DNA of 64,000 nt from positions 3,304 through 67,303 of the IMG/VR virus record IMGVR_UViG_3300048580_000375. The stretch is one strand, 5' to 3'. The first letter of the stretch is position 1. Every line of letters begins with the position of its first letter. Under the pieces are notes generated by a model that worked only from the letters and a program-made list of their open reading frames with translations, had not been told where the DNA came from and did not search any database. This document shows, one piece after another, positions 1 to 6,298 of the stretch. The stretch comes from a virus. The position numbers and the translations under genes are program-made.

Positions 1-176
1 ATATGACTTAATTTAACTGATTCACTTTTAGTTCTAACAACAAATAAACCATTTTTACAACCATAAGATAATCCATTATTACTAATATTAAAGTTTTTAG
101 CCACCTCAACCCAAGTATGATTTTCATCATAGTATTTTTGTATTTCAACCCAATTATATGTAATATATTTACTCAT
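1..176 (-). CDS. 5' part of a protein running off the window (MSKYITYNWVEIQKYYDENHTWVEVAKNFNIS...), probably an HTH-containing homing endonuclease
   Basis: Open frame from ATG at 176 to the window edge, translated by hand. It has an HTH-like N-terminus and lies directly downstream of tRNA-Lys, like the other endonuclease genes in this array. Confidence 0.5.
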   Translation of the reverse strand, partial: MSKYITYNWVEIQKYYDENHTWVEVAKNFNISNNGLSYGCKNGLFVVRTKSESVKLSH

Positions 177-191
177 ATCTTATTATTTTAG

Positions 192-263
192 TCCTCCCGC
201 CGAGAGTCGAACTCGGCCCCATAGATTAAAAGTCTATTGCCTACACCAGTTTGCTACAAGAGG
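192..263 (-). tRNA. tRNA-Lys(UUU)
   Basis: Acceptor CCTCTTG/CGGGAGG; anticodon arm ATAGA-CTTTTAA-TCTAT; T arm CCGAG-TTCGACT-CTCGG. Confidence 0.9.
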
Positions 264-299
264 TTATTTTTTATATCACCCCCATACCAAGAGAGTGTT

Positions 300-320
300 T
301 TAATTTGGTTTTCGTTTCAT
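300..320 (-). promoter_or_regulatory. Mini-ORF MKRKPN upstream of tRNA-Lys
   Basis: ATG AAA CGA AAA CCA AAT TAA, followed by the hairpin CACTCTC-TTGGTAT-GGGGGTG just before tRNA-Lys(UUU). Confidence 0.5.
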
Positions 321-344
321 CGTCTTAATCTTTTTTTATTCTTT

Positions 345-417
345 GATCCAAATGTCGGATTCGAACCAACTTCCCATCATTACAAGTGACGTGTTTTCCC
401 AATTAAACTAATCTGGA
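345..417 (-). tRNA. tRNA-Thr(UGU)
   Basis: Acceptor TCCAGAT/ATTTGGA; anticodon arm CGTCA-CTTGTAA-TGATG; T arm GTTGG-TTCGAAT-CCGAC. Confidence 0.9.
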
Positions 418-424
418 ATATAAC

Positions 425-459
425 AAAAAACCCTGAACTTTTTAAGGGTTCAGGGTTTT
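425..459 (-). terminator. Attenuator terminator 1
   Basis: AAAACCCTGAAC-CCTTAAAAA-GTTCAGGGTTTTTT ending about 8 nt before tRNA-Thr. Confidence 0.85.
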
Positions 460-485
460 AATATTTATTTTAATATTATTATGTT

Positions 486-590
486 TTACGTTTTAGACAA
501 AACACTTCCTGAACCAAGTGAGATATTATTTCTACCCCCTTTTGTTGTTGCTTTCGCAGTTACCACCATATTTCTGTTCGTGTTTTTCAT
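486..590 (-). CDS. Attenuator leader peptide 1, 34 aa (MKNTNRNMVVTAKATTKGGRNNISLGSGSVLSKT)
   Basis: Short ORF between a promoter and a terminator. It contains ACT GCG AAA GCA ACA ACA AAA and the segment GGTTCAGG (515-508), which is complementary to the 5' arm of the terminator. Confidence 0.75.
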   Translation of the reverse strand: MKNTNRNMVVTAKATTKGGRNNISLGSGSVLSKT

Positions 591-599
591 ATTTGTATT

Positions 600-665
600 A
601 TATAAATAGTATGTTTTTTTCTTTTGTTATACAAAGATATAACTTTTTTTTTAAAATGTCAAACT
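600..665 (-). promoter_or_regulatory. Tandem Bacteroidota sigma70-type promoter and phage TATTTAT motif
   Basis: TTTGAC...TATATCTTTG (-33/-7 consensus TTTG / TAnnTTTG), followed by ACTATTTATA just before the leader ATG. Confidence 0.7.
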
Positions 666-670
666 TTTTT

Positions 671-1000
671 TTAATTTTTTTTCATCCCTTTATGTTTTTT
701 AATCACTTCAATGATTACTTCTACAGGAACATATGGATAAACGGTATCTGTAGGATTATTATTTGATTGAGCATAATCTATAATTAGTTCTTCATATTCA
801 GAAGGAAACCCAATCTCCATTTCGGTAAAATTACTACCAAATTGTCTTGGGTTTGAATATGAAAATTCCCCACCCTGAACTGACATAGAAAATCCATCAT
901 TACATTCTATCCTAGGTCTTGGATTCAAACTAATAGTGGTAGTTTTTTCCAACCACTCTTGAAATTTTACACTTACACTAATTTTCGATAAACTCCTCAT
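671..1000 (-). CDS. Conserved-type phage hypothetical protein
   Basis: 109 aa ORF with a CNDGFSMSVQ...VYPYVP motif pattern. Confidence 0.75.
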   Translation of the reverse strand: MRSLSKISVSVKFQEWLEKTTTISLNPRPRIECNDGFSMSVQGGEFSYSNPRQFGSNFTEMEIGFPSEYEELIIDYAQSNNNPTDTVYPYVPVEVIIEVIKKHKGMKKN

Positions 1001-1328
1001 ATTTTTTTAATAATATTATTAAATCGTTTTCTAACCTATTTTTTAATTCAGTTATATCTTCATAATACCAACCATCTAATTCGTAAATTAAATCGTCATT
1101 TATTGACATGGACATTCTATTTACCCCTGAATTAAATACATATAATTCATCACTATCACTATTACATAACATTATTGTCCAACCACCTAATTGTTGTCGG
1201 TTAGTTAAACTAATATTCCAAGTTAAACCAATATAAGTAAAAAGACGATAAGTTATATTTGAATCATCAACATTTGACACCCAATCATTAGTATATCTTA
1301 ACTTTTTGATTTGTTTTACACTTCTCAT
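978..1328 (-). CDS. Hypothetical protein
   Basis: 116 aa ORF, overlapping and coupled to the next gene. Confidence 0.7.
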   Translation of the reverse strand: MRSVKQIKKLRYTNDWVSNVDDSNITYRLFTYIGLTWNISLTNRQQLGGWTIMLCNSDSDELYVFNSGVNRMSMSINDDLIYELDGWYYEDITELKNRLENDLIILLKKYEEFIEN

Positions 1329-1339
1329 ACTTTGATTTT

Positions 1340-1726
1340 TTAGTAATTTTCATAAAATTTCTCCATTCTTTCCATTACCACATCTAAACTCCAACCACTT
1401 GAACTCTTTTGGTCGTTCCAATGAAAGTAACCCATTTGTATTTTCTCAACACTCCTGGAAATTGACTTGTCGTGTACAAATTCTGGCATACCACCATTAC
1501 CTAAATCCTTGTTGTAGTTACAACGATACTCAACAACTATGTCTTTACCATTGAATTTTTTCGTGTAACGTATTTTAGATTTACCTTTCATTCGTGTCCA
1601 ACCGTGATTAGACATATAAACATCCATTTGTTCGATAACACTATTTTTTGTTACCTCTAAAAAAGCTTGTCTTTCTTCTTCCTGTTTTTTAAGGAAATCG
1701 TAATATTGTTTAACTGTGTTATACAT
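1340..1726 (-). CDS. Hypothetical protein (early-type)
   Basis: 128 aa ORF downstream of a host-type promoter. Confidence 0.75.
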   Translation of the reverse strand: MYNTVKQYYDFLKKQEEERQAFLEVTKNSVIEQMDVYMSNHGWTRMKGKSKIRYTKKFNGKDIVVEYRCNYNKDLGNGGMPEFVHDKSISRSVEKIQMGYFHWNDQKSSSGWSLDVVMERMEKFYENY

Positions 1727-1744
1727 ATCTGTTTTGTTAATTAC

Positions 1745-1780
1745 AATACAAATATACCCCTTTTTTTAATATTTACAAAT
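1745..1780 (-). promoter_or_regulatory. Bacteroidota sigma70-type promoter
   Basis: TTTGTAAAT...GGTATATTTGTAT. Confidence 0.6.
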
Positions 1781-1796
1781 TTTTTTAATTTTTTTT

Positions 1797-1869
1797 GTGG
1801 AATATCTGAAATTCGAATCCAAGCCTTACCCTGTTTAGGGTCTGCACATCCTTATGTGCTTTTATCCCA
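1797..1869 (-). pseudogene. tRNA-like element with aberrant anticodon arm
   Basis: Acceptor TGGGATA/TATTCCA; D arm GCAC..GTGC; TTCGAAT loop; anticodon hairpin ACCCT-AAAC-AGGGT is non-canonical. Confidence 0.6.
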
Positions 1870-1873
1870 TTCG

Positions 1874-1903
1874 TACTACCAACCGGATTTGAACCGACAA
1901 CCT
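1874..1903 (-). tRNA. 3' half of a split tRNA
   Basis: AGGTT-GTCGG-TTCAAAT-CCGGT-TGGTAGT-A; the acceptor strand is the exact complement of ACTACCA at 2651-2657. Confidence 0.75.
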
Positions 1904-2472
1904 TATAATAAATTAAATAAATGTTTATTATGGTACTCCCTATGGCAATTAGAACAAAGTACCTCACACTTATTTAATTCAGGTATTAATTTATCAAACG
2001 ATTTAAGATTACCGCCAGATATCCCAAATTCTTTTTCATTACTATCTTTATGATGTAAATCTAACGCACCTACACATCTATTATAACCACATTTACTACA
2101 CTTACCACCTAAATACTTTAAACATTTAATTTTAATATTCAAACGCCATTGTCTATGCTTTTCATATTGTTTATCACGTAATTCATCTTTTGTTTTAAAT
2201 TTCTTTGGCGTCTTACCGGTATATTTTTTTACCGTACCATATGAAATACCTAATTTTTTAGCGATTTCTTTTTTTGTAATCGATCCGTCATTTAATTCTT
2301 CAATTACTTTAATTAATTCATTAGTTATTTTACTACCCCTATTATTTATAGGGTTGTTTAACCCTTCTTTTTTAAGATGATATGATATTATACCTTTACC
2401 TATATTCAGTTTTTTAGATATATCATCATATGACATATTTTCCCTTCTTAATTTTAAAATTTGATCCCTCAT
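1903..2472 (-). CDS. HNH homing endonuclease with N-terminal HTH
   Basis: GGKCSKCGY...ALDLHH...KCEVLCSNCHREYH motif; HTH-like segments. Confidence 0.9.
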   Translation of the reverse strand: MRDQILKLRRENMSYDDISKKLNIGKGIISYHLKKEGLNNPINNRGSKITNELIKVIEELNDGSITKKEIAKKLGISYGTVKKYTGKTPKKFKTKDELRDKQYEKHRQWRLNIKIKCLKYLGGKCSKCGYNRCVGALDLHHKDSNEKEFGISGGNLKSFDKLIPELNKCEVLCSNCHREYHNKHLFNLL

Positions 2473-2522
2473 ATTTATTTATTTAATAATAAATACATTA
2501 AAAAACTAAAAAGGTTCAATTG

Positions 2523-2594
2523 TTGTGGGTACGAGAATCGAACTCGTATGACAAACGTATAAGATTCGCAGCCTAACCATTAACTGAACCCACA
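2523..2594 (-). tRNA. tRNA-Ile(UAU)
   Basis: Acceptor TGTGGGT/ACCCACA; anticodon arm CGAAT-CTTATAC-GTTTG; T arm ACGAG-TTCGATT-CTCGT. Confidence 0.85.
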
Positions 2595-2607
2595 ATAAAA
2601 ATACTTC

Positions 2608-2657
2608 AAATAATATTCAACCAATTACCCTGCTCTCACCAATTGAGCTATGGTAGT
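2608..2657 (-). tRNA. 5' half of a split tRNA
   Basis: ACTACCA-TA-GCTC-AATTGGTGA-GAGC-A followed by an irregular hairpin; no adjacent T arm. Confidence 0.75.
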
Positions 2658-2667
2658 ATATTATTTG

Positions 2668-2740
2668 TGGGGACGGGTGGTTACGATCCACCTCCTTCAG
2701 TTTTTCAGACTGACGCTTCTACCAAGTTAGCTTCATCCCC
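2668..2740 (-). tRNA. tRNA-Phe(GAA)
   Basis: Acceptor GGGGATG/CGTCCCC; anticodon arm TCAGT-CTGAAAA-ACTGA; atypical T loop ATCGTAA. Confidence 0.9.
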
Positions 2741-2749
2741 TTTTATTTG

Positions 2750-2822
2750 TACTCCCACCCAGATTTGAACTGGGATCCCCACCTTATCAGGGTGGTATCC
2801 TCACCGATTAGACGATGGGAGC
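2750..2822 (-). tRNA. tRNA-Ile(GAU)
   Basis: Acceptor GCTCCCA/TGGGAGT; anticodon arm CCACC-CTGATAA-GGTGG; T arm CCCAG-TTCAAAT-CTGGG. Confidence 0.85.
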
Positions 2823-2832
2823 GTATATTTTG

Positions 2833-2905
2833 TATTCCGTACGGGATTTGAACCCGTAATCTTTTCCTTGAAAGGGAAACGACTTAACCATTTGTCCAAC
2901 GGAAC
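2833..2905 (-). tRNA. tRNA-Glu(UUC)
   Basis: Acceptor GTTCCGT/ACGGAAT; anticodon arm TTTCC-CTTTCAA-GGAAA. Confidence 0.9.
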
Positions 2906-2916
2906 ATTTATTTTAG

Positions 2917-2993
2917 CGGTACCAGTGGAATTCGAATCCACCTGTTTTTCCCGAGTGACAGTCGGGTAGCCACACCTAGCAGCCCCTGATACC
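2917..2993 (-). tRNA. tRNA-Asp(GUC)
   Basis: Acceptor GGTATCA/TGGTACC with G discriminator; anticodon arm CCCGA-CTGTCAC-TCGGG. Confidence 0.9.
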
Positions 2994-3011
2994 ATATTTT
3001 TAAAGAACTAT

Positions 3012-3046
3012 AAAACAAAAAACCCAAACTTATTAGGTTTGGGTTT
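3012..3046 (-). terminator. Attenuator terminator 2
   Basis: AAACCCAAAC-CTAATAA-GTTTGGGTTTTTTGTTTT about 20 nt before tRNA-Asp. Confidence 0.85.
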
Positions 3047-3073
3047 CTCTTAATTTAATCTAACTACACTTTA

Positions 3074-3151
3074 TTAGACACAAAGATATCCCAAACTGAG
3101 GTTTCTATCCTCAATCACGTTAAATTCAAATATGTTAATAATTGTTGTCAT
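3074..3151 (-). CDS. Attenuator leader peptide 2, 25 aa (MTTIINIFEFNVIEDRNLSLGYLCV)
   Basis: ATT ATT AAC ATA TTT GAA TTT AAC GTG ATT GAG GAT, then GTTTGGG (3096-3090) complementary to the terminator 5' arm CCCAAAC. Confidence 0.8.
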   Translation of the reverse strand: MTTIINIFEFNVIEDRNLSLGYLCV

Positions 3152-3171
3152 AATCTTTTTTTTTAATTGTT

Positions 3172-3870
3172 TTACTTTCTTCCTTTAACCCAACCATCTA
3201 ATTGATAAGTTTCAAGGCCTTCTTTTTTAATCTTTTTGTTAGTACCATCTTTGGTTATCCAACACGTACCGAATTGGCTATTTGATTCACCAACACCATT
3301 ACCTTTAGATGATTCAGACATTAGTTTCTTAGTTTCTTCAGAATGTTTTTTATTCTTAAAGGTACCTTCAGAAAAACCAGCATTTGAGAACCCTATTTTA
3401 GTTTTTAAAATCCAATCATCTTTTAATGTTTTATCATTTTCTAATGATATTCTAAAATTTTTACTTATTTCACTTTGAAAATTATCACCAAATTTATTCT
3501 TTAAAAATTCGTTAGTTTTTAATCTACCATTTTTAACACCTTCAGTAAAAAATTTAATTTTATGTTCTTCTGAACTAAAACCCCCATAACCACCTACTTT
3601 TAGATTTATACAATCAATTTTAGCAATTTCGTTTAAATTAACAATTTCACCCTCTCTATTTTTTAGTTCTTCTCTTGTTTTACAAAATTCAAGTATTTCC
3701 CTAATAAAATTTTCTTTACCGTGTTTGTTAATAGAATACCTTAACCTAGTACCACTACCCAAATAACCATCATCTAAATCATCAGTACTATGCATTCCTA
3801 TATAATATTTACCACTTAATATATTTGTGGTTTTATATATGAAATGATACTTTTTTTCTTTTCTCGCCAT
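3172..3870 (-). CDS. GIY-YIG (Seg-like) homing endonuclease with NUMOD3
   Basis: FIYKTTN..GKYYIGMH...YLGSG motif; KHSEETKKLMSES NUMOD3-type motif. Confidence 0.9.
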   Translation of the reverse strand: MARKEKKYHFIYKTTNILSGKYYIGMHSTDDLDDGYLGSGTRLRYSINKHGKENFIREILEFCKTREELKNREGEIVNLNEIAKIDCINLKVGGYGGFSSEEHKIKFFTEGVKNGRLKTNEFLKNKFGDNFQSEISKNFRISLENDKTLKDDWILKTKIGFSNAGFSEGTFKNKKHSEETKKLMSESSKGNGVGESNSQFGTCWITKDGTNKKIKKEGLETYQLDGWVKGRK

Positions 3871-3926
3871 ATCTATCTTTTATAATAAATATGCAGAAAA
3901 ATGTAAAAGTACAAAAAACATTGACT

Positions 3927-4002
3927 TGGTTGCGGAGGATGGATTCGAACCACCGACCTCAAGGTTATGAGCCTTGCGAGCTACCACTGCTACTACTCCA
4001 CA
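3927..4002 (-). tRNA. tRNA-Met(CAU), initiator-like, with encoded CCA
   Basis: Acceptor TGTGGAG/CTCCGCA-ACCA; AGCAGTGGTAGCT D arm; anticodon arm CAAGG-CTCATAA-CCTTG. Confidence 0.9.
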
Positions 4003-4017
4003 ATATATTTTCTTACT

Positions 4018-4082
4018 AATAAATAGTATGTTTTTTTAAATTGTGATACAAATATACTATTTTTTTTCTATTTGTCAAACTT
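4018..4082 (-). promoter_or_regulatory. Tandem host-type promoter and TATTTAT motif upstream of tRNA-Met
   Basis: TTTGACAAAT...TATATTTG...CATACTATTTAT; near copy of the cassette at 600-680. Confidence 0.7.
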
Positions 4083-4093
4083 TTTTTTAATTT

Positions 4094-4537
4094 TTATCCC
4101 CATTGTTGGACTGAAAAAAATATTTTATCGTTCATTTCATCAACCACCTCAGCCATTATCCAACCGTGATTTTCAGGTAATTTACTATCATCACCAATAA
4201 CTTTAAAATATGTCAATCCACCTTCTTCAATTATTCCACCATAAAACAAATCCATTAATTCATCATAAGCTGTTTTTTTAAATCCATAACAACTATCACC
4301 GTCAAGATCTTTGGTTTTTTTGAAGTGTTCAGACCATATTAATATTGGTTGATTCGGATCATTATCATCTATTGAAAAATCAAATTCATCCAAATATTTC
4401 TTTAGTTCTTCAGCTCTTTCATCGATATATCTTGGAATAAATAATTTACCTTTTTTTGGATTTTCATCTTCTTGGATTACCTTATTAATAATGTTGGTTA
4501 ATTCTTGTTCTGTTATTTTAATCTTCTTCATATCCAT
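4094..4537 (-). CDS. Hypothetical protein with KKIKITE N-terminal motif
   Basis: ORF track; TATTTAT motif upstream. Confidence 0.75.
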   Translation of the reverse strand: MDMKKIKITEQELTNIINKVIQEDENPKKGKLFIPRYIDERAEELKKYLDEFDFSIDDNDPNQPILIWSEHFKKTKDLDGDSCYGFKKTAYDELMDLFYGGIIEEGGLTYFKVIGDDSKLPENHGWIMAEVVDEMNDKIFFSVQQWG

Positions 4538-4603
4538 AAATAGTTTATTTTGTTTTATTCTGATACAAAGGTAATATAATTTTTTTATACTTCCAAATGT
4601 TTT

Positions 4604-5551
4604 TTAAATTATTTCAATTTCACTTAAATGTCTGTAATTCAATAACGTATTATAAAAATCTTCTTTATTTTCAAATAACTTTCCTAAATCTCTATCATCT
4701 GGATAATTTAAAACAAATATACGATTTCTTAATTTCCCAGCATTTAATTTCTGATACATCCCATATATTTGTTGGGTGGCGTCAGGATCTAAAGCAATAA
4801 CAATATCAGATTTAGCGTTATCATATATTGCTTTCCATTTAAACTCTGATAATGACTTACCCAATAATAAGAAGTGATTTGGTATTGGTAATCCATCAAA
4901 TACACCTTCAGTTATATATAATGGTTTTTCCCAATCGATTCTATTCTCATTAAATATTAAATCATCTTTATCGGTGTCAGGGTTTAGATATTTTTGTTTA
5001 GCACCAATATATGACCTAGTTGAGAAATAAATAATATTACCTTTCTTATCGTATAATGGAACAACTATTCTTTGCTTATATTTTCCTTCTAAACAAAACC
5101 CAATGTTAAATTCTTTTAATAAATCATCGGTATAACCTCTTGATATAATGTAGTTATAAGGTTGAAGGTGAATATAATTTCTTTTATTTATAATTGAAAA
5201 TGGGATGAATTCTTTTGGGAATTCAGTAATATTTTTATCTTTTTTCGTATATTTTCTCTTATTTATTTGATAATCGTATTCAGGAGCAATTACTTTAAAT
5301 GTATTATAATGCTGTTTATTTCCAAATTTTTTAATAATCCCATCAATTGTTCCTGGAGTTCTTTCACAAGCCCAACAATGGGATAAACCTTCTTCAAGAT
5401 TTATTTCAAGATTTCCTTTCCCATCATATTCAACGTTTTTATCTGCCGAACATAATGGACAATCAACAGTTATTTGTGAGTTTCCGTGATATGTTTTTTT
5501 TATGTTTCCAAAAATTGAAACAACTAAGTCTGTTATAAGAGAATAATCCAT
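4604..5551 (-). CDS. DNA primase (zinc finger plus TOPRIM)
   Basis: CPLC...HCWAC zinc finger; YITEGVFD and ALDPDA TOPRIM motifs; KYLNP. Confidence 0.9.
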   Translation of the reverse strand: MDYSLITDLVVSIFGNIKKTYHGNSQITVDCPLCSADKNVEYDGKGNLEINLEEGLSHCWACERTPGTIDGIIKKFGNKQHYNTFKVIAPEYDYQINKRKYTKKDKNITEFPKEFIPFSIINKRNYIHLQPYNYIISRGYTDDLLKEFNIGFCLEGKYKQRIVVPLYDKKGNIIYFSTRSYIGAKQKYLNPDTDKDDLIFNENRIDWEKPLYITEGVFDGLPIPNHFLLLGKSLSEFKWKAIYDNAKSDIVIALDPDATQQIYGMYQKLNAGKLRNRIFVLNYPDDRDLGKLFENKEDFYNTLLNYRHLSEIEII

Positions 5552-5577
5552 TATTATAAGTATAGGAAAAAGGCATA

Positions 5578-5607
5578 AAAAAATCCCCTTTATTAGGGGA
5601 TTTTTTT
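5578..5607. terminator. Intrinsic terminator
   Basis: AAAAAATCCCCT-TTATT-AGGGGATTTTTTT. Confidence 0.75.
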
Positions 5608-5621
5608 AAAAATGCTTGTTG

Positions 5622-6251
5622 TTACATTAATTCATCTAACATTCCATATCTTCTAGCTGCATCATATAATTTCGGATTTTTAATTTTTAAATCACGTCTA
5701 CTTGTATAATCACCATTTTCAAATTCTTGCCTTATCAATTCAGGTGTCCAAGATGGTTGGAATCTATATGGTATTAATTCATCTAACATACCACGTTTTC
5801 TAGCCGCAAAATATAATTTCGGATTTTTTTTCTCTAAATCACGTCTACTTGTATAATCACCATTTATAAATTCTTGCCTTATCAATTCAGGTGTCCAAGA
5901 TCTTTCTATTCCACTAGGTAATGATTTATTATCATCGAAATAATCCATAGCCCAATCATCCATATAACCAGTCACTTTACCAATTCGCCTATCTAATTGA
6001 TCGTAAACTTGTTTGGTTAAAGTATCGATAAATATTTTATCACTACTTCTATCAGTGTACATAAAAACATCCCCCCCTCTTTCAATTATTTTCATAATAA
6101 GTTCAGCAGAAACTTTAGTTCCCATAGCATATCTTTTAGCTGAAGCAAAATCTGTTATTTTTCTTTTTACAATACCGCCCGGTAAATCTTCATTTTCGTT
6201 AATAACTCGTCTAACGATTCTAACGATGTCTGATTCTGTTAATCTAATCAT
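5622..6251 (-). CDS. Hypothetical protein with RLTESD N-terminus and two 49-aa C-terminal repeats
   Basis: ORF track; SWTPELIRQEF..GMLDEL occurs twice. Confidence 0.8.
   Translation of the reverse strand: MIRLTESDIVRIVRRVINENEDLPGGIVKRKITDFASAKRYAMGTKVSAELIMKIIERGGDVFMYTDRSSDKIFIDTLTKQVYDQLDRRIGKVTGYMDDWAMDYFDDNKSLPSGIERSWTPELIRQEFINGDYTSRRDLEKKNPKLYFAARKRGMLDELIPYRFQPSWTPELIRQEFENGDYTSRRDLKIKNPKLYDAARRYGMLDELM
5627..5901. repeat. 147-bp tandem direct repeat (about 2 copies)
   Basis: ttaattcatctaacat...tcaggtgtccaagat recurs at 5627 and 5774. Confidence 0.85.
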
Positions 6252-6298
6252 TTTTTTTTGTTTTTTTATTTTAATATAAATAGTTTATTTTTTTAATT

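Noticed and set aside
420-600. T-box riboswitch as the explanation for terminators before tRNAs
   Set aside because: No T-box consensus (AGGGTGGNACCGCG) or stem I; the leaders are short ORFs with internal antiterminator complementarity, which fits ribosome-mediated attenuation better.
518-766. Plus-strand 82-aa ORF and other antisense ORFs (e.g. 1667, 3236, 18062, 27295, 40954, 42283)
   Set aside because: These are shadow ORFs opposite well-supported genes or regulatory elements, with F/L/I-biased composition.
1904-2607. Group I intron in a tRNA
   Set aside because: The insert is almost fully occupied by a tRNA and an ORF, with no room or motifs for a P3-P9 catalytic core.
1874-2657. tmRNA
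   Set aside because: It has a full D arm, lacks the Ala G3-U70 GGGG acceptor identity, and shows no tag-peptide or pseudoknot region.
1785-2995. Minus-strand ORFs 1785-1967 and 2801-2995
   Set aside because: They run through tRNA genes or tRNA-like elements and are chance open frames.
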